NCBI RefSeq assembly: GCF_000017845.1
Contig: NC_010546.1
Coordinates: 660,001 to 692,000, forward strand
Direction of reading: 5' to 3'
DNA length: 32,000 nt
Source of the DNA: Crocosphaera subtropica ATCC 51142
Lineage (GTDB): Bacteria; Cyanobacteriota; Cyanobacteriia; Cyanobacteriales; Microcystaceae
The notes under the pieces are model-generated. The model was not told the origin of the DNA, did no database searches, and saw nothing but the letters and a program-made list of their open reading frames with translations. This document shows, in pieces, positions 1-9,506 of this stretch. Position 1 is the stretch's first letter. Every line of letters starts with the position of its first letter. The position numbers and the translations under genes are program-made.

Positions 1-2263
1 TTTCTTTTTTTACTGTTGAACTAATATTTCCCTCTCCTTGGAGACATTTAACTAAGAAAACATTACTATTATAAAATTGGTTCCACAACGCTTTTTCTTG
101 TTCCCTTAATTGCCAATCATAGCAAATTTTACGATGATTAATCAATAAAGTACGAAAAGTCTCAACCCATTCTTGACCTTGAGTTTTCCACCAAGATATG
201 ATTTTTTCTTTTCCTTGTTCGAGATCAGGAAGTTGACTTTTTAAATTTCTAAACTCTTCTAAAAAATCAGGCTCAAGTTTAAATTTTTGTTCTATTTCTA
301 AACTTAGACATAAACTTAAAAAATGCTTAATATTAGGATATTTTACTAAATTTAAACTATCTATAAAGCCTCGTGCTAAACTAGAATCAAGTTTAATTTC
401 TTTACTTAATTTATTTTGATAAGCAAATTGGGAATCTAAGGATAAAGCCAAGTTAAAATCTCGATGATTAAATAAAGTAAAATAAAAAGCTCTAACTGCT
501 GACTTTTGGTAAGGTAAATTCATAGATTCAACTTTCTCATTAAGGAATTTTAGGCAATGTTGTAACTTGATATTCTGTTCCGCAACATTATCTATAACAT
601 CTTTAATCTTTAATAAGAAATTATCGGCTTTGGGTAACATATTAACTGTTAATAAAATAACTTCTTGCCAACTATCATCTGTTATTTTCTCCGCTAAATT
701 TATTAATTTATTTTCTAAACTTTGACTATCGCTTGCTAGAATATGTCGAGCGGTAAAATACTCTTGAAAAGTAAGATGAGAAAAAGAATAAACATCTTTA
801 GCTCTTTCTACTAATACTCCATGTTGTATTTCGATAGATTTTAAAATTGCTTCACTGGTTAGCCATAAACTTTCTATATCTTCTTTGAAATTACAAAAAT
901 TGCATAAGTAATCTTCAATAATTTCTTGGATTTCACGACCTTCAAAAAAATAACGCCTTTCAGAAAAAGTGGCTGCAGCAATTTTAGATAATAACTTTCT
1001 TTTATCAACTAAAGGTAAATCGTGATAAAAATCATCTCGTTTAATTCCTCTGGAGCAATCCCAACGCTGTAGTAAAATGTCTAAACCTGCTTCATAAAGT
1101 TTAGCACGTTGGCGAGGAAATTTAGCTCTTTCTTTGAACACTGAACATAAAAGATTCAGCAAAATTGGTGTAACTGCTAATTCTCGAATGGCTTCATTTT
1201 CAGGGCTATTTAATTGCTCTAAAAATTGCCTTGCTTTTTTCTTGCCTTCTGCTTTAGTATTACTCGTGACTATAAACCATTGTTGTGCAAAATATTTGAT
1301 TTTATTATAATCAAAGTCTGCTATTTCTACATAATTAAAACCCTTAAAATGAAACTTTTGTGCTGAGCTTCTAGAGGTAATAATGATTGAGTTATGGTAA
1401 AAGTCTTGGAAGAACAACTGAATATTTTGACACAGTATTTCTCTATATTGCTGAGGAACTTCATCTAAGCCGTCTAATAATAAAAGAAATTTTCCTGCTT
1501 CTAATAAAATTGTTATCTGTTGATGGGATAATCCACAATTTTTACCGTAATCAATTAAATACTTTTCTAAATTAATAACTTGCTCATTATCTTCCATCCA
1601 TTCACTTCTTAATTGAATAAAACAAGGAATTAAATCTTGTCTATATTTTCCCTGATTACATTGTAGAGCCAGATACTGTAAAAAAGTGGTTTTTCCTGCG
1701 CCTGGTTTCCCTAAGATGACTAATTTATCCTGTTTACTGAGCAGTTCTCGATCAAACACAGTGTTAGAATAGGGTTTGGAAAGGCGGAAACTATCAAACT
1801 GTGCAAAAGAGCTTTCTAGATCAGACACCTCTAACCAGCGTTGATAGTTAGGTTGAAGGTAAAAACTGGTCTTAGTATAAATTTTCTCTAGAGGAGGTTG
1901 GGTCAATTCAAAAGAAGATTGTAAGACACTACACTGAGTTGTGATGGCATTTTGAACTCTAGAACGCATCACCGATACTAATTCTGACACCTCTAAACTG
2001 TGTGGGGTTCCCTGAGAATTAGCCACTAGGGGAACGGCATCAGGTAGACCAGCAATATTTTCCCAGTCTAAATTTAGCTTAAAACAGATTTCCTTGAAAA
2101 TTGGCCGAGAAACCGGACGACCTGATAAAAATTTCCAAATACTTTGGCGACTAGATAACCCGACTTCTCCTGCTAAATATTCTTGAGTCCAACCTTTAGA
2201 CGCTAATACTTTTTTCGCAGCCTCTATTCCTTCTGAAGTGGCTGATAATGATCGATTACTCAT
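1..2263 (-). CDS. HTH (XRE-like) + NACHT/STAND P-loop NTPase; 3' end lies beyond the window (partial, at least 754 codons)
   Basis: Manual minus-strand translation: ATG at 2263-2261, then no in-frame stop down to base 2 (checked triplet by triplet). It is missing from the ORF track because no stop lies inside the window. N-terminus MSNRSLSATSEGIEAAKKVLASKGWTQEYLAGEVGLSSRQSIWKFLSG is HTH-like. Walker A GKPGAGKTT (1685-1711), Walker B LLLLDGLDE (1460-1483), then IIITSR. Confidence 0.8.
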   Translation of the reverse strand, partial: MSNRSLSATSEGIEAAKKVLASKGWTQEYLAGEVGLSSRQSIWKFLSGRPVSRPIFKEICFKLNLDWENIAGLPDAVPLVANSQGTPHSLEVSELVSVMRSRVQNAITTQCSVLQSSFELTQPPLEKIYTKTSFYLQPNYQRWLEVSDLESSFAQFDSFRLSKPYSNTVFDRELLSKQDKLVILGKPGAGKTTFLQYLALQCNQGKYRQDLIPCFIQLRSEWMEDNEQVINLEKYLIDYGKNCGLSHQQITILLEAGKFLLLLDGLDEVPQQYREILCQNIQLFFQDFYHNSIIITSRSSAQKFHFKGFNYVEIADFDYNKIKYFAQQWFIVTSNTKAEGKKKARQFLEQLNSPENEAIRELAVTPILLNLLCSVFKERAKFPRQRAKLYEAGLDILLQRWDCSRGIKRDDFYHDLPLVDKRKLLSKIAAATFSERRYFFEGREIQEIIEDYLCNFCNFKEDIESLWLTSEAILKSIEIQHGVLVERAKDVYSFSHLTFQEYFTARHILASDSQSLENKLINLAEKITDDSWQEVILLTVNMLPKADNFLLKIKDVIDNVAEQNIKLQHCLKFLNEKVESMNLPYQKSAVRAFYFTLFNHRDFNLALSLDSQFAYQNKLSKEIKLDSSLARGFIDSLNLVKYPNIKHFLSLCLSLEIEQKFKLEPDFLEEFRNLKSQLPDLEQGKEKIISWWKTQGQEWVETFRTLLINHRKICYDWQLREQEKALWNQFYNSNVFLVKCLQGEGNISSTVKKE

Positions 2264-2843
2264 GCTAATGGTTGAAAAAATAACAATAATAGTGTAGAAC
2301 TACCATAAACGATAGACAAAGACTAAATTTGGGTATTTGTATCATGTTATAGATAGTTGTCTTGTATTTTACCTAATAAAAACCACCGAATCGATGATCA
2401 CCATCACTGGAAAATGATGATCACGATAGTAGTCTCCTGAGATTCAAAACATAGCCTTTTTGTGAAAAACAAGAGATCCTAGAACAAAGTGTTAGTTCAT
2501 CGTTTAATTTGAGTTAGGAAAGAAAAATTTGACTGCATTACAGAGGAAATACTTAATAGTTGGCAGTTGTAGCATCAACCAGAGATCCTACAGTATCAAA
2601 CAAAAACTTCCGGAAGTCAAAACTGCTGAAGGAGTAACTAATTTTTTAACCCATTAATTAATTTTTATAGAATTATTTTCATAGATTGAGTATTTTAAAG
2701 TTACTCTGATAAAATTGATGAAATATAAAGTTTTATACCAATCTCTTGCTTATCTATACCAAACTATTTTTGTTCTCCTAACTATTTTTTAAACAACCAG
2801 AACCTTATTAAAAAGATGATTAATATCGATACAGACTAAGTTT

Positions 2844-5570
2844 ATGACTCTGAGCAACCTCACCCCCAATAAAATCACCCTTAGATATTTAGGACTGACC
2901 AGTCTTGGTTTAATCTTGGCTCAGTTACTATTTGGCGTAATACAAGTGCGCTGGCGATATTATCAACGAGTAGAAAACCTAGAAACTAAGATAGAAGACT
3001 TAAGCAGAGAAATTCGTACGATTTCCCAAGACTCCAACTTACAACTCAATGATGCCACTCTAGAACGACTAATGAGACAGTCGAGTGTCGGCAGCGACTT
3101 AATGTACAGTATTGTGATTAACAGACAAGGACAACCAGTCACTAGCTTTTTTAATCAGGACAATTTTACTGATGCCATCACCTTTTCTCCATCAGAACCA
3201 GGAAAAGTTGAATCACAACTGGCAAAACTTCTTCAACAGCCTCAGATTAAAGAAATACGCCAACCGATTATAGAAGCAGGACAATCTTTGGGAGAAGTTC
3301 GTATTGGTTATACTCTACAACCCACCCAAAAAAGTAATCTTAAGTCTGCCGGCAAAATTTTAATCGCCTCATTTATCGTCAGTGGGATTTTAATTCTGAT
3401 CATGTTTGTCATGTTTAGGCGAGAAGTCCAACTACCTCTAGGAAAATTAGTTAATAAGACTCAATCTTTACTACCAGAAGATAAACGCCCTGATTTAAGC
3501 CAAGGAGACGAATTCCATCAATTAGAAATATTAATTACGACCCTAAGCGACTATTTCCAGGATCTTCAGGACTTGCAGAGGAAAATGGCTCAACAACAAG
3601 CCTCAGAGAAAGCCCTCGAAGAGTTAAGTCGAGCCAAAAGCGAGTTTTTGGCCATGATTGGCCATGAAATCCGAACTCCCTTAAATGCTGTTACAGGGAT
3701 GACAGGGTTACTCCTCGATACCGAGTTAAACGATCAACAACAGGAGTTTGTCAGTATTATCCGTAATAGCGGAGAAAATTTGCTAACGATGATCAACAAT
3801 ATACTTGACTTTTCCAAAATAGAAGCCCAAAAACTAGAGTTAGAAGAAGAAGCCTTTGAACTAGGACCTTGTATCGAAGATATATTACGTTTATTTGTTT
3901 CCCAAGCCTCAAAAAAGAACTTAGAATTAGCTTATTTGGTCGAGTCTAATACCCCCAGTGCCATTGTGGGAGATAGTACCCGATTAAAACAAATTCTGGC
4001 TAATCTAATTGGTAATGCTGTTAAATTTACTGACAACGGAGAAGTGGTGATTTATGTCAATGGGACACCGATAAAATCCACAGAAAACGAGCAAGAAAAC
4101 CCTACTTACGAACTCCGTTTTGCCGTTAAAGATACTGGTATTGGTATTCCGCCAGACCGTTGCCACAGGCTCTTTCAACCCTTTAGTCAAGTGGATGCCT
4201 CTACCACCCGAAGATATGGAGGAACAGGACTAGGATTAGCCATTAGTAAGCGATTAAGCGAATTGATGGGGGGTGGTATGTGGGTTCATAGCACCGAAGG
4301 CAAAGGATCAACCTTTAATTTTACTATTCAAGCCAAACCGGCTCCTAGTTCTTCCCCCGTCACTTCTCAAGAAGGAGAACGGGAGTTAATGGGTAAGCGA
4401 ATGTTAATTATTGATGATAACCTGACCAATCAAAAGATTTTAACCAATCAAGCCCAATCGTGGGGAATGTTTACTTGTGCAGTGGACTCTGGAGAAAAAG
4501 CTTTAGAATGGCTACGACGAGGAATTACTTTTGATGTCGCTATTTTAGATATGAATATGCCTGAGATGGATGGTTTAGAGTTAGCTCGTCACATTCGTCA
4601 ACAACCCAACTGCGTTAGTTTACCCTTAGTCATGCTTAGTTCCATTACCCAAGCAGAAATGGCATCTCAAAGCAGTGGAAAGGAATTTGCAGCAGTTTTG
4701 ATTAAACCAGTGCAACAGTCGCAACTTTACTATACGTTGATGCAGATTTTTACAGAGACACCCATCAAAATCACTAAATCAAAATCGGACCAGTCCCCAG
4801 AAGAATCATTACTCGCACAAAGTCTTCCCTTACGAATCTTGGTAGCTGAAGATGTGGGCATTAATCAAGAAGTCATCCATTTATTATTAGAAAAATTGGG
4901 TTATTGGGCAGACATGGTTAGTAATGGACAAGAAGTATTAGAAGCCCTAAAAACTTGCTCCTACGATGTTATTTTAATGGACGTACGAATGCCTGAAATG
5001 GACGGTTTAACAGCTACCCATCACATTTGTCAAATTATGTCTGCTGAAGAACGTCCTCGAATTATTGCCATGACCGCAGAATCAACGCCAGGGGATCGCG
5101 AAAAATGTTTAGTGGCAGGAATGGATGATTATATTGCTAAACCAATTCGCATCGAAGAATTAAAACAAGCATTACGTCGCTGTCAAGCCCAATCAGACTG
5201 TTTAGCCATTGATCACAAAATTCTCAACGGATTACGCAAAATGGCAGGGCGACGAACCAATGATATTATTATGGGGTATCTCGAAGATGCGCCCCTGCGC
5301 CTTAATGCGATGAAACAAGCGATTGAGCTTGGAGACCCTGAGCAACTCCACCAAGCAGCCCATGCTCTGCGATCGCCCAGTGGTAATTTAGGCGCAACTA
5401 ACCTCTGTCAGTTATGTGAGGAAATGGAAACCATTGCCCGTAAGGGAACCCTTGAAAAAACAGAAGAAAAAATGTTTAGACTCAAAATTGAGTATGATCG
5501 GGTGTGCCATGCTCTACAAAGAGAATTGAATCATTATCCTTCTATAAATAAGTTGTCACCCCACCACTAA
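2844..5570 (+). CDS. Hybrid sensor histidine kinase (2 TM + HisKA + HATPase_c + REC + REC + Hpt)
   Basis: 908 aa ORF with an ATG start. Two hydrophobic helices flank a segment of about 150 aa. H-box FLAMIGHEIRTPLNAV, N-box GNAVKFT, G1 DTGIGI, G2 GTGLGLAIS. Two receiver domains (DVAILDMNMPEMDG and DVILMDVRMPEMDG, each with a downstream KP). C-terminal Hpt-like HQAAHALRSPSGNLGA. Confidence 0.9.
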   Translation: MTLSNLTPNKITLRYLGLTSLGLILAQLLFGVIQVRWRYYQRVENLETKIEDLSREIRTISQDSNLQLNDATLERLMRQSSVGSDLMYSIVINRQGQPVTSFFNQDNFTDAITFSPSEPGKVESQLAKLLQQPQIKEIRQPIIEAGQSLGEVRIGYTLQPTQKSNLKSAGKILIASFIVSGILILIMFVMFRREVQLPLGKLVNKTQSLLPEDKRPDLSQGDEFHQLEILITTLSDYFQDLQDLQRKMAQQQASEKALEELSRAKSEFLAMIGHEIRTPLNAVTGMTGLLLDTELNDQQQEFVSIIRNSGENLLTMINNILDFSKIEAQKLELEEEAFELGPCIEDILRLFVSQASKKNLELAYLVESNTPSAIVGDSTRLKQILANLIGNAVKFTDNGEVVIYVNGTPIKSTENEQENPTYELRFAVKDTGIGIPPDRCHRLFQPFSQVDASTTRRYGGTGLGLAISKRLSELMGGGMWVHSTEGKGSTFNFTIQAKPAPSSSPVTSQEGERELMGKRMLIIDDNLTNQKILTNQAQSWGMFTCAVDSGEKALEWLRRGITFDVAILDMNMPEMDGLELARHIRQQPNCVSLPLVMLSSITQAEMASQSSGKEFAAVLIKPVQQSQLYYTLMQIFTETPIKITKSKSDQSPEESLLAQSLPLRILVAEDVGINQEVIHLLLEKLGYWADMVSNGQEVLEALKTCSYDVILMDVRMPEMDGLTATHHICQIMSAEERPRIIAMTAESTPGDREKCLVAGMDDYIAKPIRIEELKQALRRCQAQSDCLAIDHKILNGLRKMAGRRTNDIIMGYLEDAPLRLNAMKQAIELGDPEQLHQAAHALRSPSGNLGATNLCQLCEEMETIARKGTLEKTEEKMFRLKIEYDRVCHALQRELNHYPSINKLSPHH

Positions 5571-5572
5571 TT

Positions 5573-6496
5573 GTGAATAACCCAACTTTTAAACGAGAAG
5601 ATTGCTTAATCCTGATTGTCGACGATGATCGCACCATGAGATACCTCTTAAAGATGGCTATGGAAGAAGAAGGCTATCAAGTGATTGAAGCTAAAGAAGG
5701 TCAGCAATGCCTAGAAGAATACCATCGTCATCGGCCTGATATGGTCTTATTAGATGCTCTCATGCCAGGAATGGATGGATTTACTTGTTGTCAAAAACTG
5801 CGTTCTGTTGAATCGGATGTTTATCTTCCCATTTTGATGATTACGGCACTTGACGATCAAGAATCCATTGATCAGGCATTTTTAGCAGGAGCAACGGACT
5901 ATATTACTAAACCAATTTTTTGGTCTGTTTTATCAAGACGGGTGAATCATCTGCTCTTAACTTGTCAAGCGTTAAGAGAGTCAATGACTTTAAACTTAAA
6001 ATGGGCTAAACAAGAGCAATGGCAACATCTAAATCAACAAATAACCCGTCAGTGGCAGCAATCTTTTCAAATTAAATCTCTTTTTCAAGATTGTCTAGAG
6101 AAACTACAAATCATCCTGAAGGCTGAACGAGTCGGTATTCATCGTCTAGATGGCAAACTCATGGCTGAGGCTATAGCCGTTGGTTATCCTTCTGTTAAGA
6201 CCTTAGAATGGGATAAAATCATCTTATTGACTCTCTATCAATCTCAATACGAACAAGGAGAAACCATTACCCTTGACTTTTCCAGGGAGCTTGACTTATG
6301 CGAAGAGGCGATCGCTCCTTTTGAACAATTAGCTGTTCAACAGCTGACTCTGATGCCTCTTGTAATTAAAGAAAACCTCTGGGGCATTTTATGGATTCAT
6401 TATTGTCGCTCTTGCTACCATTGGGAATCCTGGGAGAAGAACTCTTTAAGCCATTTAAGGGATTTATTGGCTGTTACCTGCACGATTATAGATTAA
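5573..6496 (+). CDS. Response regulator with REC + GAF domains (no DNA-binding output)
   Basis: GTG start 2 nt after the kinase stop. REC motifs LILIVDDD, DMVLLDALMPGMDG, TALDD, KP. The C-terminal half has a cyanobacterial GAF-like signature (AERVGIHRLD ... LWGILWIHYC ... W). The next in-frame ATG would delete the REC acidic pocket. Confidence 0.8.
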   Translation: MNNPTFKREDCLILIVDDDRTMRYLLKMAMEEEGYQVIEAKEGQQCLEEYHRHRPDMVLLDALMPGMDGFTCCQKLRSVESDVYLPILMITALDDQESIDQAFLAGATDYITKPIFWSVLSRRVNHLLLTCQALRESMTLNLKWAKQEQWQHLNQQITRQWQQSFQIKSLFQDCLEKLQIILKAERVGIHRLDGKLMAEAIAVGYPSVKTLEWDKIILLTLYQSQYEQGETITLDFSRELDLCEEAIAPFEQLAVQQLTLMPLVIKENLWGILWIHYCRSCYHWESWEKNSLSHLRDLLAVTCTIID

Positions 6497-6605
6497 TTCT
6501 GGAAAATTTACAACTCCGTTACATTGGTTACATAAGAATCATTGATTTCACCATAAACTCAGTTTAAGACATAAAGTCAATTATCACCCTCCGATTGCTT
6601 ATTGC

Positions 6606-6636
6606 AACCGCCCACACTTCAGTGGCGGTTTTTTAT
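6606..6636 (+). terminator. Rho-independent terminator downstream of the kinase/REC-GAF operon
   Basis: AACCGCC ... GGCGGTT stem followed by TTTTTATT, about 110 nt after the stop at 6496. Confidence 0.5.
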
Positions 6637-6749
6637 TGTTAAGTGGGATGATTTCTCTGTCCATCTCTTAAAAAAATCAGTACAATAAAAAAGAGGGATT
6701 TTATGCGGTTCCTCAATATCCTTTAACCACAAATCAAAACTATCATTTT

Positions 6750-6935
6750 ATGGAATCTAGTAGCCCGTCAGGGAAGGTTTCTGAACCTCCTGCCCATAGA
6801 TGGACTCACGTTATGGGAATAGCAATCGCTATGCTGACATTAACACTGCCTATGTTAGTTATTGCTTATTACTCTTCAAATCAGGCAGTTCCCTCCCCTT
6901 CGACTCGTATCTATCTAGATAATCCCAGAGAATGA
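6750..6935 (+). CDS. Hypothetical small single-pass membrane protein
   Basis: 61 aa ORF with one hydrophobic helix (GIAIAMLTLTLPMLVIAYY). No recognisable family, and coding status is uncertain. Confidence 0.3.
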   Translation: MESSSPSGKVSEPPAHRWTHVMGIAIAMLTLTLPMLVIAYYSSNQAVPSPSTRIYLDNPRE

Positions 6936-7260
6936 TTTGATTTAATCTCCTACGAATATAGTTTTGTAAGCGTCTAGATTGGTAGCAACTTATCTAGACC
7001 ATCCCAGTATGCCTTGCAAAGAACCTCGCCAGAAACATTTTCCTTTGTTAAAAAAAAAATTAGGGAAGATGGATTGTTTATAAAAAGGTGGAAAACAGTC
7101 AAAATAGTTTAGGAGAAAAAATAATTTATCTAAAAAGCGATAAATTTAAATTATGAAAATGAGAATATTTTGAATAATGCTGATAGTCTTATGGCAAACA
7201 AAATAAGACAAGAGACAAGAAACCTGCTTAAATAGTTAAGAATAGGCTATTCTAACAACT

Positions 7261-8013
7261 ATGCAAAGTGACGACGACCTCAGTGTAATTGAGAGTGTAG
7301 ATCAATTTGATGACCCATTGGATCGCCTAGAGTCCGTAGATATCAACGTTCCTAGACCTGATCCAGAAGAGATGCTGCCAAAATTAAGTGATGAAGACCC
7401 ATCACAACGAATGCTGGCAGCAAGGGCATTTTGTGAGCTACAAGACCCTAGAGCGATCACTCCACTCATCCAACTGTTAGATGATATTTGTCCCTTAGTA
7501 CGGGTCAGTGCAGCCTATGCTTTAGGAAGAAATACCAGTTCTAAAGCGGTGGCAGCTTTAATTGACCTATTAGGGAGAGATTGGAATGGGTATGTTCGCA
7601 AAGGGATTGTTTGGGCTTTAGGGAATGGAAGGGATCGTGCCAGTGTTCAACCCTTAATCCATGCCTTGAAAACAGATATTTCGGCTGTCCGTCTTTGGGC
7701 GGCTAGTAGTCTGGCTCAAATTGCTAAACTAGAATACGAAGATGCGATCACAGCAATGGCTCCCTTAATTGAAGGATTAAGACGGGACTCAGTGGCCGCG
7801 GTAAGGGGAAATTGTGCTTGGGCGATTGGTCAACTCTGTCGAGAATTACCGTCAAATGTGGTTTATGCTACGGCGATCGATGCTTTAATTGAGGCATTAG
7901 TAGAAGATGAAGACTACAGCGTGAAAGAAGATGCCAAAAGTGCTTTATTGCGACTCGGCGATCCCAGGGGAATGCAAATGATCGAGGATCTTGAACTAGA
8001 AGGGCTAATTTAA
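7261..8013 (+). CDS. HEAT-repeat protein (PBS-lyase HEAT-like repeats)
   Basis: 250 aa with an acidic N-terminus, then repeated units of the type DP..R..AA.ALG...(D/S)..A...LI..L.D....VR..A..AL. Confidence 0.8.
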   Translation: MQSDDDLSVIESVDQFDDPLDRLESVDINVPRPDPEEMLPKLSDEDPSQRMLAARAFCELQDPRAITPLIQLLDDICPLVRVSAAYALGRNTSSKAVAALIDLLGRDWNGYVRKGIVWALGNGRDRASVQPLIHALKTDISAVRLWAASSLAQIAKLEYEDAITAMAPLIEGLRRDSVAAVRGNCAWAIGQLCRELPSNVVYATAIDALIEALVEDEDYSVKEDAKSALLRLGDPRGMQMIEDLELEGLI

Positions 8014-8075
8014 TCTAATACTCTTAAGAAACATAAAAGAGAATTAGTATTAGCTTGAAACCCATTATCAACGTT

Positions 8076-8111
8076 AGAAAAAAGAACCCCTACTCAATAG
8101 CAGGGGTTCTT
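8076..8111 (-). terminator. Hairpin terminator shared by convergent psbC and the HEAT-repeat gene
   Basis: AAGAACCCCT (8082-8091) pairs with AGGGGTTCTT (8102-8111). Read on the minus strand the stem is followed by TTTTTT. It lies 19 nt past the psbC stop. Confidence 0.6.
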
Positions 8112-8129
8112 AAGTGTTATACCTAAACC

Positions 8130-9506
8130 TTAGTCAAGATCAGGCATAGCGAGTACGGGTTCAGTCTCACGGTCGATTCCTTTTTCAAATCCAGCAGCGG
8201 CCGCCCGCGCACGCCCAGCGTGCCATAAGTGACCAACGAGGAAGAAGAAACCGAGAGTAAAGTGAGAAGTTGCTAACCACGCACGGGGAGAAACGTAGTT
8301 AAAGGAGTTAACGTCAGTGATAACGCCACCCACAGAGTTTAAAGACCCTAAAGGTGCATGGGTCATATATTCAGCAGCACGACGAATTTGCCAGGGCTGA
8401 ATGTCGTTTCTTAACTTATCTAAATCTAAACCGTTAGGCCCCCGTAAAGGCTCTAACCAAGGACCACGGAAGTCCCAGAAACGCATGGTTTCACCACCGA
8501 AGATGATTTCACCAGTGGGAGAACGCATTAAATATTTACCTAACCCGGTAGGACCTTGAGCAGACCCGATGTTAGCTCCCATTCTTTGGTCACGCACCAA
8601 GAAGGTGAATGCCTGAGACTGAGAGGCTTCCATACCAGTTGGACCGTAGAATTCACTGGGATAAGCGGTGTTGTTGTACCAAACCATGACAGAAGCGATG
8701 AAGCCCATTAAGGACAAAGCACCTAAACTATAGGAAAGGTAAGCTTCACCAGACCAGATGAAAGCACGACGGGCCCAACCGAAAGGCTTGGTTAAGATAT
8801 GCCAGATACCACCGAAGATACAAATGAGGCCAACCCAGATATGGCCACCGATAATATCTTCCATGTTGTCCACACCAACAATCCAACCTTCTCCCCCAAA
8901 AGGAGCTTTCAGCAGATAGCCGAAAATAATCGCAGGGTTTAAGGTAGGGTTAGTAATCACACGCACATCTCCGCCACCCGGCGCCCAAGTGTCATAGACA
9001 CCGCCAAAGAACATGGCTTTGAACACCAACAGCAGCGCACCACATCCTAAGAGAATGAGGTGATAACCAATAATATTGGTCATTTGGTTTTTATCTTTCC
9101 AGTCATAACCAAAGAAACTGGAATACTCTTCTAAGGTTTCAGGACCGCGAAGGGCGTGGTAAATACCACCAAAACCAAGAACGGCAGAAGAGATTAGGTG
9201 TAATACTCCCACAACAAAGAAGGGGAAAGTATCAATCACTTCACCCCCAGGGCCAACACCCCAACCGAGGGTGGCAATGTGGGGAAGGAGAATTAAGCCC
9301 TGTTCATACATGGGCTTTTCGGGAATAAAGTGGGCGGTTTCAAACAGGGTCATAGCCCCTGCCCAGAATACGATTAAACCAGCGTGAGCGACGTGAGCGC
9401 CTAAAAGCTTACCGGATAGGTTGATCAGACGAGCATTGCCTGACCACCATGCGAAACCGGTAGATTCCAGGTCACGACCACTGGCAACATTAGAGAGCGT
9501 TACCAC
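8130..9506 (-). CDS. psbC: Photosystem II CP43 chlorophyll apoprotein
   Basis: Unmistakable CP43 sequence ([55 protein letters not shown] ...). I moved the start from the track's TTG (9533) to the GTG at 9506-9504, which follows GAGGAGG (9516-9522) by 9 nt and gives the canonical M-VTLSN N-terminus. Confidence 0.93.
   Translation of the reverse strand: MVTLSNVASGRDLESTGFAWWSGNARLINLSGKLLGAHVAHAGLIVFWAGAMTLFETAHFIPEKPMYEQGLILLPHIATLGWGVGPGGEVIDTFPFFVVGVLHLISSAVLGFGGIYHALRGPETLEEYSSFFGYDWKDKNQMTNIIGYHLILLGCGALLLVFKAMFFGGVYDTWAPGGGDVRVITNPTLNPAIIFGYLLKAPFGGEGWIVGVDNMEDIIGGHIWVGLICIFGGIWHILTKPFGWARRAFIWSGEAYLSYSLGALSLMGFIASVMVWYNNTAYPSEFYGPTGMEASQSQAFTFLVRDQRMGANIGSAQGPTGLGKYLMRSPTGEIIFGGETMRFWDFRGPWLEPLRGPNGLDLDKLRNDIQPWQIRRAAEYMTHAPLGSLNSVGGVITDVNSFNYVSPRAWLATSHFTLGFFFLVGHLWHAGRARAAAAGFEKGIDRETEPVLAMPDLD

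Noticed and set aside
1387-1575. Track ORF (62 aa, + strand)
   Set aside because: It lies antisense inside the long uninterrupted minus-strand NACHT frame, across its Walker B region. The product has no features, so it is spurious.
4005-4190. Track ORF (61 aa, - strand)
   Set aside because: Antisense within the HATPase_c domain of the histidine kinase gene, so it is spurious.
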